Source of the DNA: Carcharhinus longimanus
Taxonomy: Eukaryota
Direction of reading: 5' to 3'
Assembly: GCA_030264375.1 (NCBI GenBank)
Contig: JASCQW010000061.1
Location: 76,732,760 to 76,796,759 of the forward strand
DNA: 64,000 nt
In this document: in pieces, positions 37,945 through 51,272 of the stretch
Layout of the letters: the number at the start of each line of letters is the position of its first letter
Numbering within the stretch: position 1 is the first letter of the stretch
The notes under the pieces: model-generated
Told to the model about the DNA's origin: nothing
Seen by the model: only the letters and a program-made list of their open reading frames with translations
Database searches by the model: none
Program-made: the position numbers and the translations under genes

Positions 37945-38021
37945 ACCTCCCTACTTTTATATTCAATCCCCCTCGCGATGAAGGCCAGCATCCCATTCAC
38001 CTTCCTGACCACCTGCTGCAC
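37945..38021 (-). mobile_element. CR1-like ORF2 fragment, opposite orientation
   Basis: QQVVRKVNGMLAFIARGIEYKSRE. Confidence 0.8.
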
Positions 38022-38796
38022 ATCTAACTTACATCAATATGTTAGCAAAAATGAACTGAATGAATCTCTTAATAAAAACAAAATTTTTATTAATTGTTTA
38101 AAAGGAACTAGACATGGAAAGCCATAAAAGGAAAGCAACTTGCATTGTAGAAAACTGTTTTGAAAGCTGTGCACCAAAAACAGTCAATTTTCAGCATCGC
38201 TGCAGACACTCTCTGACCAGTAGTGTTTTTGATGTTTTTCTATTATCATACTGTTCAATTAATTATGAAAAAAGGCACAGAGTTCATAAATGCCTTGTGG
38301 TATACAAGCATATTTCAATATCAAGTAAAAATATATTGCACTGAATGAATGCAATGTCGACATTTTCAGTGATAATGTTCAAGCCAACTTAATGCAAAGC
38401 AGCTTAATCTGCAATTTAAAATTCCATGCATCTAACTTTGAAAGTATTCTCATGTGACAACTCAAACAGCACACATTTGAGAATTGCATGCTTTGCAACT
38501 AATTTGGTCCTCACAGACTGATTTTTGACTAACTTGTCAGAAATGCTCAATTCAGTCCCAACAATCCACATCTAACAAAATGTTAAAGACACTGAAATTG
38601 TCATACAATGTGAAAAAAAAGAACTGGAGATACACTAACAATACAGCAGTGTATCAAATATAAGGGACAGAATGTCGAGCAGCGAATCCTGATTCACATT
38701 CCATGAGATTTTCATGGTCTGTTAAATATGTAACGTGAGATGCACAAAGAACAATAACAGTTACACACAATGGCAAAAATATATCAAGTTTAATAC

Positions 38797-38901
38797 CTTT
38801 ACTAGTCTTTCAACATCTCTCACCACAGATATGTCAGGGCCAGCAGCACTCTGTTCATACACAGATTTGTTCTGTAGTGTCTCACCAGCAACCTCTTTGG
38901 T
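38797..38901 (-). CDS. EPB41L3: EPB41L3 U3-region exon (TKEVAGETLQNKSVYEQSAAGPDISVVRDVERLVK)
   Basis: Acceptor tagcag|, donor AAG|GTATTA. 105 nt, open, phase 0/0. No counterpart in canonical human 4.1B that I recall. Confidence 0.7.
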
Positions 38902-39203
38902 CTGCTAATAATGTTGAAATAATTCAGGAACAAGTATGTAAAATGATTTTACAAACTGGGTGATATTAGAAACTTTAAGATAAAGCATGATTACAATGTT
39001 AGTAACATGGAAAGCATACAGTTGTACAAATTCTCTATGCCTTACTTTATATATTATTTATCTCAGTGTTTTATGATCCATTGCATTAGCTTATAACATA
39101 TACAATTTTAGTGCTTAAAAATGGACAAATTATGTACAGGTGTTGACATTATTTCAGATACGCATATTTGTGAGTTTAGCAGTAATGCTGCAACAAAAAT
39201 TAC

Positions 39204-39392
39204 CTCCTCAGGCATAAGGGGCTCAATCATAGGCAAGTCCTCCGTCTTTGAAAAGGTTCTAACTGGAGAGGCAGATAATCTCTTTTCCCATTCGTCAGGT
39301 CCACTTTCAGATGTAGATTCCAGGAATGTTCGTTTCATCTCATTTATGTTGGCATGGTGCTTAACCACCTCTTCCTGAGTTTTATCAAAGTC
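39204..39392 (-). CDS. EPB41L3: EPB41L3 SAB domain exon (DFDKTQEEVVKHHANINEMKRTFLE...EWEKRLSASPVR...PMIEPLMPEE)
   Basis: 189 nt, AG|...|GTAATT. Strong similarity to the 4.1 family SAB core. Confidence 0.95.
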
Positions 39393-40444
39393 CTTTCCAT
39401 TAACAAACAAAAAAACCAAAGGCAAATAATTTTAGCACGTCACCTTAATACAACTAGATTTCAAACTATTACTGCTCTTCACTTCCTCACTTTGGAAATA
39501 TGAAATGTATATGTCATTTCACCTGACTAGCTCTGTCCCATAATTCTGCATTTTTCATTTACGATTGACACTTGAAAAATTGATATGATTGCCCTTATAA
39601 AAGAAAAATCTCTGATTGGTGTTCATAGTTTCTTGAGGAAAAGTTCACAAAGCTGCAATACTTTAAAAGTAACATAATTTTGAAGTTATGGACAGAATAC
39701 TGCCCTCCCACCCCACAAAGAAAAGTCACCTCAGAATTTAGCAATTCAACTATTTTAATGATTCAGTTGCTAAGCTATGTATATGAGCCAAACAAATTAT
39801 TCAATCCTGTGCTGTTTTAGCTGAGGTTCATGTCAAGATTGCCGCAATTTAGGTCAGCTCCCTTGCATTGTGGTAGCAGGTGGAGGATTATATTTGGGGC
39901 CAGGGGTCCGCTTTCAATCACTGCAAGTGCAAAACTGGACATCAGGTGAGATCTGAATGGGCCTGAGCTTGTTGTCTGTGACCCAATAGCTCGCCTACAC
40001 TGATATGGAGAATGAGAGTAGAGGATTACTGGTGCACATGAAACTACAGCCCAGAAAGGAGTCAAGAACTTTCACAACAGGAGGCCAATGAATGGAAAAA
40101 AAACAAAAACTTTGTAATTAATTTGACCAAATATTATACCAATTTAAACAGCTTATGCTTCATAGCACCACAAAATAGTTTTTATAATATGTTAACTGGC
40201 ACACTCCTCCGGTTTAAAAGTAATGACTTTCACACAAATGTTGCTGAGTAAACATGCAACACCATTAATTATTTCAATAACTACATGATATCAATATCAA
40301 AATAAATGCATTTCTTTTCATTTGGAACACATGATACTTCATGGTCTGGCTATCTCCTGGCAGTTTGGTTTGATCATTTCAAATAGCATCAGTCTCCTTC
40401 ACAGCCAAAGCCTTTCTCTACTGCAGCATCATTCCTGAAGGTAA

Positions 40445-40790
40445 TGTAGATGCAGGGAGGGTATTCCCAATGGTGGGAGAGTCCAGAACCAGGGGTCACA
40501 GTCTGAGGATTCAGGATAGACCATTTAGGATGGAGGTGGGGAGACATATATTCATCCAAAGACTGGTGAGCCTGTGGAATTTAATACCACAGGAATTAGT
40601 TGATGCCAAAACACAATGTATTCAAGAGGCAGGTGGATATAGCACTTGGGGCGAATGGGATCAAAAGGTTATGGGGAAAAAGCTGGATTAGGCTATTGCG
40701 TTGGATGATCAGCCATGATTGTAATGAATCGCAGGGCAAGCTCGACAAGCCAAATGGTCTCCACCTGCTCCTATCTTCTATGTTTCTGTG
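40445..40790 (+). mobile_element. CR1-like LINE 3' end
   Basis: VGESRTRGHSLRIQDRPFRMEV.RH.F.QRLVSLWN plus tail ccaaatggtctccacctgctcctatcttctatgtttct. Confidence 0.82.
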
Positions 40791-41136
40791 TAACCAAAGC
40801 CTTTAAACTCCTCTTTGGCAACCATGACTGCTGCTGACAATCATCACTCCAGACATCTTCCATCCTGAAATCTGTATTGCAATGCAATGAATATCTGGAT
40901 GTGGTTTGTTTCCAAACTTGTTTTCAGTCACTCAGCCATCTCTGTCTCCCCTCTTAACCAAAACCCACTTGCTCAAACATTGCAGTTTTTCTCCAGTCCT
41001 CAACAAATTACTTCCCTCCAGGACATGCACCTGTGACTCCCTGAAGTCCCTTCCAAACACATTTCTCATTAACTCCCCTTCATTAGCCTACTTATTGGTA
41101 TCAATTTCTACTTCACTTCAAGCTGTTTAAAACTAT

Positions 41137-42368
41137 TGTGATATGCTATTTTTAAAGTTGCTAGATAGGAAAGCAAAGGTAGTTTTACAGGATTTATATT
41201 TGCATTGATAAACAGTAGAAACAAGGTGTAACTTTAAGTGTATTTAATTTAATGTTTCAGTGCCTGAAAGGGTAAAACCTATAGTTACATTCATACTAGA
41301 TAAGGGTGTTTATATTTGTGGGAGTTGGTTAAGTTCCAACTGTATTTAGAGGGGGTTACAGCATGAAGAATAAACTCAGTAGTAAGGGGTGTTACTTAGC
41401 AACAAGACCAGAGGGAAGGGCTGTCCTTTGTTTTTAGTTTTAACTGGAAGCCAGAACAAGACATTGATAAGTGAATAGTTCTCAACTCTGCCAGGAGATC
41501 CTGAACAGGACAAGGGAGTTACAAAGATGCAAGCTTCCTACAAAACTAGATACAATCTAGCTAACCAGGAAATGGTGATGCAAAGCATGTTTAAGATGAC
41601 TGAAGTTAAATGAACAGAGATTAAAGATATTGTTCAGAAGAATTCAAGGAAGAGTAAACAAAGTGTTCGCGTTAAAGAGACAATTGCAGTAACTGCATTT
41701 AAAGTAGGACAGCAGCCTCAAGATAAATGAAACATCTGATGCCATTTTAAGACAATCTGGGAATTGAGATTTAAAGCAATTGTTAACAGTTTGCACAGCA
41801 GTCAAGACAAAAAAATCCTAAAGAGGTTGGTGTATAATCCTAGACTGGATTCAGTGTTAAAATTGGAGAAGTGTTAACTCTCATTTGGAAAACCTGGTCT
41901 GGTTTTCTGATTGCAAACTGCTAAGGGGAAAGCATTATTATTATGAGAGAAGATTTTAAGGTATATTTTTGGGAGTGGAGTTTGGAAACTGTCATGAGAT
42001 AATCATCTAAGGGAGCTCTAAAGGAGAAATCCACAGACACTAACTTGTGTTCAGAGCAGGGTGTGTGTAACTGACCACAGCAATCCATGGGTTTAAAAAG
42101 GGACTGTCTGTTACTGAGACCACAGTTTAAGATGTACTTTTTAATCCATGTTAATTTTAAAACTTGTGTGTATGTTGAACTAAAGGGAGAGTAAAGTATT
42201 TTGTATAACAGTCCAATTTAATAAATGCTTTTTCTTTCTTATTAAACTAATAAGTGGTCCTTTGACTCTGTATGTTTTATGAAAGAAAAGGAAAATTTGT
42301 TGTCTTTTGAGCCAGGGTTCCATTCTGGGATCTTCCCATCCATTTCATCATCAACTGGAATTGTAACA
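41137..42368. mobile_element. Probable solo LTR (~1.23 kb)
   Basis: TGTGATA...TGTAACA termini (TGT/ACA), AATAAA near 42220, and a sharp composition change against the pyrimidine-rich L2-like flanks. No perfect TSD. Confidence 0.55.
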
Positions 42369-42379
42369 TCCCTTTAATT

Positions 42380-43790
42380 TCTCTATCCTTATAAACGAAT
42401 GTTCCATCTAACCGTACATTTTTCTTCATGGTCTTTGCCTGTCACAGTCATCATACTTTATGCATATTTATTTTTCCTGCCACTTCTTTCAATCCAATTT
42501 CCAACCAACTCACAGCACTGAGATAACTGATCAGTCACAAATCACACCCTCTGACTGAATAAAATTTACTTTCCCTCAATCTTCTTGTCCTCTGTGTAAT
42601 AAATACATCTCAAGACCCTTCACATCATGTGGCCACTCAGCTCTGATCTACTCCATCCTCGCTCCTTCTTAATCATTAAATGTTAGCCACCCCTGGAAAA
42701 ACCACTGGCAAGCACAGGGTCAGTACCACATGTATGACACCAAACAGTCATCGTCACCTCTCTGCATCAGCATTGACTCTTACTGACCCAATGAACTATT
42801 ACTCAATGGGCTATTCTTGCTCCTTTTTCTTATGTTCTCATGTTGTTAATCCCAACTTCTCTATCTTCTCCAAAGATGTGCGAGTTAGGTTGGTTGGCCT
42901 TGTTGACTTGATCATTAGTGTCAGGGGATTAGCAGGGTAAACACAAGAGGTTGCAGGGATAGGGCCTGGATGGGTTTGTCGTCAGTGCAGGCTTGATAGG
43001 CCAAATGGCCTCTTTCTGCGCCGTAGAGATCCTATGATTCAATTATGTCTCAGATAAACTGTAACTCCCTACAGTTCTACTGTGCAAAACTGAAGCTTTC
43101 CTGCTATACTTCCACTGGCATCTATGTGCATTCTCTCGTGGATTCCATTAAGATCCTTGGTATTCAGCCTGAAGGAACAGCCACACACAAACTGAAATGA
43201 TCTTTCTGGCCCATCAGTTGAGCTCATGTTAAATTATGGTATAAAGCATATTTGGCATACTGCTGATTTATACTCATGCCTTAGCTTTCCCATTGTTAAA
43301 CCTCTAACCTCGCCTTCTGTAACGGAAGAATCTACTCCGGAAATTCTCTGCAGACCACACTCCCCACTTTCAATCTTCAAAAACCAACTAGTGTAGAGCT
43401 CCATGGTCTGAAGTCTTTCCCTTCTACCCATCACTCAATGGTTCCCAGGTTCCATACTGCTGCAATGAAACAACTTCCAGATCTGCATTCATTTTCAAAA
43501 GTCATATCCCACTCTATTCATGTAATTTTCTCCCACCATATATCTCAGTCCACCCCCACCTTCCCTCTGATCTCAGGTTTCTGGTTGACCTCCACCTCTC
43601 CATTCTAATATTTGAGGCTGCTATTTCAACTCCAACATGCAGCATTCTTCAATTCTCTTCCAAAACCAGCTGGTCTTGCTTCCTTGATCTCTGCCATCTA
43701 TAATCTCATTGGCAGCTCTACATGTGTTCACATTTTCAAATTCCCACTCTTCCACAAATTTCCTGTTTGTTGATCATCTTCCTGCCTTCA
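42380..43790 (+). mobile_element. Very degenerate L2-like fragment with an HE1-like 3' fragment at ~42868-43040
   Basis: C/T-rich L2-type strand bias. Contains ccaaagatgtgcgagttaggtt...ggcctctttctgcgccgtagagatcctatgatt, the HE1 tail. Confidence 0.5.
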
Positions 43791-44615
43791 TGAGACATGA
43801 GAGTTGAGCTCCATAACAATACTGTTAATTTACTTTAATTAAAATTGCAAATCAGGATGGCCACATATAAACTGTGCTGTGCCTATTTGGAGATTTATTT
43901 TTTATATAAGGGTTTGTATAAATACTGCCATTGCAGCAAGTTTAATAAATAATGCTAGGTATATTGCTATAATACCGTGACTAATCATTATTCCAAATGC
44001 TGAACACAGCTCACAACAATTATACAATAGTATACAATTTTAATGAAGATTAAACATGCTACACTATAACTGCATCAGAATATTTGAGAATGCCAGCACA
44101 GGTACATTTTATTTTTTTTTTAATCCTAAATTCAGAGATCAACAGAAATAGATAACTGTCACTTTGTTCAAATTTGTTTAATGAATGTGTTTTCCGTTCC
44201 ATTAAAATCCCCCAAATTACATAATTTGACAATCTGAAATGGAGAAAACAATGCCTGGCATTAAGCCTGGTCTGCAAGTGCTTCTTAGAAAGATCAGTAT
44301 TAATGGTGTTAAAAAGTTTTTTTTTTCAAAAAAAATCTTACCAGAAGACAAAAAAAAAGTAACTAAAGGCTTGCAATTTATGTTACTCCAGCTCGACATT
44401 ATATAGTACTAGTAACACACACATTACATTTTCACTTTGGTTATGCAGTGTTTAAAAAAATGTGAATTCTTTTAACTAATGTTAGTGACTATTGAGAATA
44501 ATGCAACACATGCAGCAAAGACACAGCACTCCACATCAAACAGCTGATCGCTAACTATGCAGATCTACTGGTGTGCACAAACAACTAGTAATGCACAACT
44601 TAAACAAATACAAAC

Positions 44616-44681
44616 CTCTAACATAAGATTACTATGTTTGACATACACATTTTCACCTTTGATTCGGTTTACAAGGCTATT
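44616..44681 (-). CDS. EPB41L3: EPB41L3 66-nt spectrin-actin-binding (SAB) cassette exon (NSLVNRIKGENVYVKHSNLMLE)
   Basis: Acceptor T-tract+ACAG|, donor GAG|GTTTGT. GENxYx(K/R)HSNLMLE is the motif of the protein 4.1R exon 16-type SAB cassette. Confidence 0.92.
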
Positions 44682-44904
44682 CTGTAAAAAAAAACAAGCA
44701 AAAACAAAACGGAAACAAAAAAATAAGTATTCAGAACAAAAAGCTAGCAAAGAAAAATGGTGAACAAAAATGATACTATTGAAGCAAAGCAAAGCTTAGG
44801 AAAATATAAATCTACCACAGAAACTAAGTACTGGAAAATAATAATTCAGACTGATGGACTACGTCTACAATCTAGACGTTTACATAAAAATCTCTTCCTT
44901 GTAC

Positions 44905-44940
44905 CTGGGTCTTGGATTCCGTTTCATCCTCTTGATCAGA
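44905..44940 (-). CDS. EPB41L3: EPB41L3 36-nt exon (SDQEDETESKTQ)
   Basis: Boundaries ccatcag| and CAG|GTACAA. Similar to human SDQEEDAELKAQ. 12 codons. Confidence 0.88.
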
Positions 44941-46719
44941 CTGATGGCGTAAAGAAGGATTTAAAATCAAAGCTTTAACAACATCTAATCACTGACACCA
45001 TCTCAATGTACAAATTTAGTCACAAGAAAGCCATACCACCTTAACCAAAGTTACTGCTGTGTTATTCAACAGATTTTGAAATCAATCATTAACCGAGCAA
45101 GAGTCAGAAAATGTATAGAGCACAAAAAAACACTGAAAATGATCAACTGCTTACTTTAGATTGTGATAAGAGTACAAAATCTCCTCAGAAACAGCTTTAT
45201 AGTGGGGACTAGAGGGACTTGCCATTCAGTTAACGCCACCTTTAAAATAGTTCAGGATAATCATCTACCATTCAGAGGAAGACAACAGCTCCTCTTTAAA
45301 AATATAATACAATTCGCTTTAGTAGAACAACCAGTTACAGTTACGCATTCATTGTGCTAATGCTCTGACTGTATTTCTTTGTGTGCATATTGACACACAG
45401 CATGTGTATATGAGCCAGAAACACATGAACAGTGCGTGATTTGAAAGGAGTGAAGTGTATAATTAAGTAATTATGTAAATTCTGCCAGTTTTCCATTATT
45501 AACATGGATGCATTTTCAAGAATGTTCTCAAATGTGACTATTGCTAAAGTGGGTGTGATGGAAACATGTTGTGCCTTTTTTTAAATAGCACACAACTGCC
45601 AGTCTCAGAATGCTGGGTCTTTGGCTAACAGCCTCTTTCACCAGCAAAATCACAGAATGTGGTACAGAAAGAATCACCTCATTTAAACACACCCTTTAAA
45701 CAATGTGAAATAAAATGTTTTACTTAGCTAAAGTACTAAAGTTATTACGTGACTTCAAGTAATGTGCATTAATTTTAAGTGAAGCACTTGAGAAAAAAAA
45801 AGCATTGTTAAAGCTGTAACAACATGGTTCCAGCAATCAACTACCTTCCAATTTTAGCAACATAAATCCCACTAGCCAGTGGCATCTATGCGCTCAGGCT
45901 AGTCAAGAGCTGGATCATTAGCAAACACAGTAGAAAAATGAAACACAAAGTTTTAAAAGAGGAACAAAAGATGAATGATTGCAGAAAATCAGCAGGAAGG
46001 AAATACTCTTTAGGTACATGCCAACAGGACAGAGCAATATAACAGCTTTCTGCAGCTTTCGCTAACTTTATTTTCTGAACCAATTATAATAATGCCGAAA
46101 CAGCAGTAGTAAGCAGTTTGGCGTACTGAGCAATTAACGCCACAAAGCGGTGAAAGTGGGTCAGTCCATGATACCTGACAAAGTGGGTTTTGATAACAAC
46201 TAGGTTATCAAGTCTTTGCATGCAAAATTTGGAGGGGTACTGAAGGACAAGATGCTTAGTGTTAATTCTGCATCAAAATAATTCCCTGGTTCAACATTTT
46301 AGTTTGGGAAAATTTGAAAGCTATTAAAATTTATACACTGCCTGCATTTTCCAGTAATAAATCTCGCTACTGTTAATCTTGAGAAGGCACGCTGTACAAG
46401 TGAAGCAATAAATTCAAACACAGATGCTTTTAATGCCATTATAGATTATAATTTCCTGATTTAATTTTCATGCAGTGCATTTTCTCAATGACTTTTTGAA
46501 CTACTCTGTCCTGCTGATCTTACTGGCCAATTCGCATTTTAGCTTAGAATAAGTGCTCTGTTACTTTGTATTTGGCACTTCTTCACATGAATCTGTATAC
46601 CATCTTGTGGTGACATTAATGTCAATGTTAACAGCTGCACCAGTTAATACTCTCAGACAAACAAGTGAGATTATGAGGACCATTTCCATGGGAAATGCAG
46701 GCTGGTGGAATGTACAAAC

Positions 46720-46776
46720 CTCTGCGGTAGTTTCCCCATCAGCAGGAGCCGTGGTGTCAGTCTGCTCACTGTCAGT
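46720..46776 (-). CDS. EPB41L3: EPB41L3 57-nt exon (TDSEQTDTTAPADGETTAE)
   Basis: Boundaries aaatag| and GAG|GTTTGT. Similar to human TDSERTDTAADGETTATE. Phase 0/0. Confidence 0.9.
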
Positions 46777-48298
46777 CTATTTTGCCAGCAAAATCCCAAG
46801 ATGTCCAGTAGGAAAGCAGGAATAAAAATACATCACCCTTGTGAAAACAGTGAAGCTTATTTGCAAGGTGCCTTACTCACATCACTCATTGTGCCGTTGC
46901 ATCAGTCGCAAAAAGTGCTCATTAGAAGCATGAAACAAACAAATGAAATGGAACTAGCTCAGAGGAATGTTTGAGGCAAAAATGGGAAGTGCAATAGCAA
47001 GTTACAAGATTGCCTTTTAAAAACAAAAATCACATTGTTTAAAGGCCTCATCAGAAAGATATTTCAGTTCTATTGTATTTACCGAAAAGATGATTGTTTT
47101 GGAGCCAGATATTACCAAATTTTGCAACATTGGTAAGCAAATGGCTTACACAAAAACTTGGAAATATTGGTCCTAGAGGAACTCATTTAAGCCCATTCCA
47201 ATTATAGGGCAAGTTGCATGGAGTGAGAATCCCTTTTCCACAGTAAAACAGAGGTTGATTACCCAAGTTATTTCTGTTAATGGCTGGTTTATGTACACAG
47301 AAGTGATCAATTATGTATCTCAAACTAATGGCCAAAAGGCCACACCCATATTATAGCTAATGTGTAGCATTCATTAAGGAGGAACAGCATGTGTATACAA
47401 CAATGGTTCAAGGATAGATTTAGTCCCTCACCTGCAGTACCTATTGTTTAATAAAATTGTGACCGAGAAAGATAAACACTTGATATTTTGTTAGAGAGAA
47501 AAGAGCTAGAAATTGGATTAGGCCAAAAATGGATGGCATGCTTAGAACTTGAGCTGGAGGTTCATCCGAAATTGGATGCTACCAACATACTTAAAAGTGA
47601 AGGTGTGGATGCCATGTAGGCATTCAGAGGCAGTGGAGGAGAACAGGAAAGGCGCAAACGCAGGTCAAGTGTGACTCTGAGGAGTGCTGAGAGGCTAGGT
47701 GAAGCACTTCACCTGCAAAGTCTCATTAAAAAGATGGAACTTTACCAGTTGATTGGTAGCCTTCAGCATTCCCTTTTAAGGGCTGTTGGCTAAGCCACAG
47801 CAAGAACTAGAAAAGCTGAGAGGAACACATCTGGGACGTGCTCTACTCAAATTGAATAATTATGAGAGGGGACCTTAAAGTGGCATTAGGAACTCTACAT
47901 ACACTCGAGCTGCTGAATAGCTCTTCAAGATAGCCAACAGGGATGCCTGAATATCACTTGAGCAAAAACAAATACTACGTGTGTTTCAAGTGGCCTTGGA
48001 GTGCAAGATGTAGTATGGCGAAAGAGGAACTTTCTGTCCCCATTACATACCAAAATCATGGAACGCAACAATGTCCAGTTTACTTTTAAATGTTTATACA
48101 GCATTTTTTGAGATACAAAATTGATTTGGTATAGTTTAAATTAAACAATTACAATTTTGTAACCAACTATTTTTGGCTGGAAAGAATGCAACTCATTTAC
48201 ACCAGAAGCAAAGTTTACTTGAGAACTATCATCAGTCATTGTGACAACAGTCTAACTTTCANNNNNNNNNNNNNNNNNNNNNNNNNNNNNNNNNNNNN

Positions 48299-48332
48299 TA
48301 ATTATAGATATATGTATATATATATATATATA
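48299..48332. repeat. (TA)n microsatellite adjoining an assembly gap
   Basis: tatgtatatatatatatatata directly after the N-run. Confidence 0.8.
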
Positions 48333-51272
48333 GGTCTGCTTGCAGCATTTATATGAAAAAAATTAGACTCATGGTCAAGCTGCCCAATAGTCTGAATACC
48401 TTAATTTACAATTAGACTGTACTGGTCTCAGCAAGTTTTTTTTTTAAAAAGGACTTTTTACTACACTTCTGACAAGATTTTTTGCTATATCTCAACCAGG
48501 ACTAAAATGAGAACTGACATCTCTATCATCAATTATACAAATATTTCATTTGATGGACATGGACATGTGATGCTGTCATTGAAATAATTAAAGCAGTGTA
48601 ATGTATTTTCATATTTTCCTGTTATACAAAATTTTGTAATGCTTCATAGAGAAAAATTATACGAAAGTACCAAAATTGGCACTCTGAAAAATCAATACTT
48701 TTTTCCTCCATTTTCTAAACCAGTTACTCCAGGAAGGTGACTTACAAACTAATAACAAATGCCAATATTTTCTTTGTCTAATGATGCTTAATTATCAACA
48801 ATGTACACTGAAGCAACACTGGATAATTGGAATTATGGAAGAGGGATGAACGGATCAAGAACGCACCAAGATATCAGCTTTTCACTAGAAGGAAAATGTG
48901 CTTGATGTAACATTGATGGTTTATTAAAGGAGTACTGTTCCACCATTGCTGACATTGTAACACATTTGAAAACATGTTTTGAGAGACTTCAGCACAGTGA
49001 AGGAATTCTATTTGTCATCCTTTGTGTAAAGAATTCAGAAATTTGGCTTCAATGTTCATTTTAATAAATCTTCAAAACTATGGAAACAAAATTGTCATCC
49101 TATCTTCAGTGGACTACAATAGATAGCTGAAAGATTCTGCAATACCAAATCCTTTATTAAATCAAGTATGAAAATCAACTTCTGCTCAAAGATAGAGTAA
49201 ATATGCAATATAGCCCATGTTTTAAGGATTTTGAATCAAATACAAATCTGAGTTATGCTTTCCTAAATGCACAGATATATAGGTCATGATGCAAACAGAC
49301 CCTCATTCATTGAATGATCCTTTCATGCAATGTGGACCAGACAATGACCACTAGTTTAACTTCTCCATTTATTTTAAGGAACACAGAACATGCATAATAA
49401 TGTATATACACTTTACTATCAGCCGATTCTGGGTGCTCCAGAGTAGAGGTTCTCAACCAGAGGTCAATGAGAATGTTTAAAGGTCTGCCAAATCAGCGTC
49501 TTTCAAGAATAAAACCTTATCAAAATTCTATTCTGCAAAATGGGTACACAATAAAAAAGTAAAACTGATTGCTACTGATGTCAACTGGACCTCATTTATT
49601 GCTAAGAATGAGATTTTGACATTGGCTATTTTTTTAAACCCACCCTAATTCAGCTCTGGTTGGACTAATGTGGTGCTGCTGCCACCAATGACACTGGAGG
49701 AATGCAGAAGAGACCCTACTCCCTAATTTCCCCAGATCTGTTTGAGAGATTTGGCAATGGATTATTTTCCCACCATGTTGAGTGGTGCACACTCACGCGC
49801 CCACCATTTTAAAATCAGTATGCAGAGCAACAGATTAGTGAGATTTGAAACCTGTTTAGTTGTGTCATAGATAGAATTTACCAAATAATGTTGGTGACTG
49901 CTCAGCTGACTACACCTTCTAGTCTTCTTGTGGCCAACTGCTGCCTATCCATCACAGTGTTACCAAAACAAAACATGGTACCAGCAGCTGATCAAACCGC
50001 CTCTATGTTGCTGAGACTTTTAGGTCAGAGTGCAGGAACATCATTCTTAACATGCAGGCAGAAATGAAGGCAGACATTTTTTCATATTGGGAACCAAGCC
50101 TGGAGCTTAGGTAAACATGATCTATGGTAACCCATCTGATTTTCTGTTCTGGGATCTTACTGTGCACAAAATGGGGGGTGGGGGGCCTGCTGAATTTTAC
50201 CATGTGGCTGGAACCACCCAATAATAGTTGTGCTGCGCTAAAGAGGGCCTGTAGCATTTGTGTAACATAGGACGGCAGTGGGAGAATCTCAGAAACAAAA
50301 AGGTTGAGAACTCCTACTTTGGAGGATGATTTGAAATTAGACACCAAGTTTTCATTCTGAGCCTACAGTGAAGTTAACCTAGTCTATACCCCTGAATCTG
50401 TTTTAATGCCTGCAACATTATACTGTATATTCTGCCTGCTTCATTTATCCACTTCCAAAGCAGAATTTAACTGTTTATCAAAGATACGACTTTCATTTTG
50501 TACTAAAGTAAGTCAAGACAGAAAACTGAATAAGGTCATATTGAGAATAATTCATGCTGACAGCTCCCGGACCCTGTATTCACAAGGGACCATAGTAACT
50601 TCAATTTCTATATTAAACAGAAGGTCATAAGCAACAGGCAGCGTATTTCAATAGGAGTTTAGGTGTATTAGTGAGATAAAAACTGTGATTTTAAAGAAAT
50701 TGCATTGTCAAATATAAAATTATGCATTTTGGTCTTTAATAAGGTGACTAATCATGCCCTTGATGTTTGGTATTTCAACTCAGAGCCATTGAGCAGAACA
50801 AGGTTCACTGAAGAACAAATGGTCTACTGTAATACTAATGAGGTTATGGCCGTCTCATAGTGGAGAAACTAAACTGATTGACCTATCAACTGGCTCCAAC
50901 TTCTAGGGAAATGCCAGCATGGCCCATTTCAATGACCTCATTCAATTTAGGAATTTACATCTATATAAGAGCAAGAACTTTGTGCCACATGCCAATTACT
51001 TCATATTTTTCCACTATTATTACTGAACAGTTTTCATAGCTGTGAAGAATTAACCCATTTTCCAGAAACTTTTTTCCTTCTGCAAGTACAAAAACTTTTT
51101 GTCTAATCTGATGAGTCAAGTTACAGTTATGCCTCACTGAAACATAACTTTAACAACAAGAAAAAACAGCAATGAGGTTCTGAAATTAAGATTACTATTG
51201 CAGCCATTGTACATTGCGCAGGACACCCAAGCACTGAACACAAAGGACTGTGTTCTTGGCTGAGGTACACAC

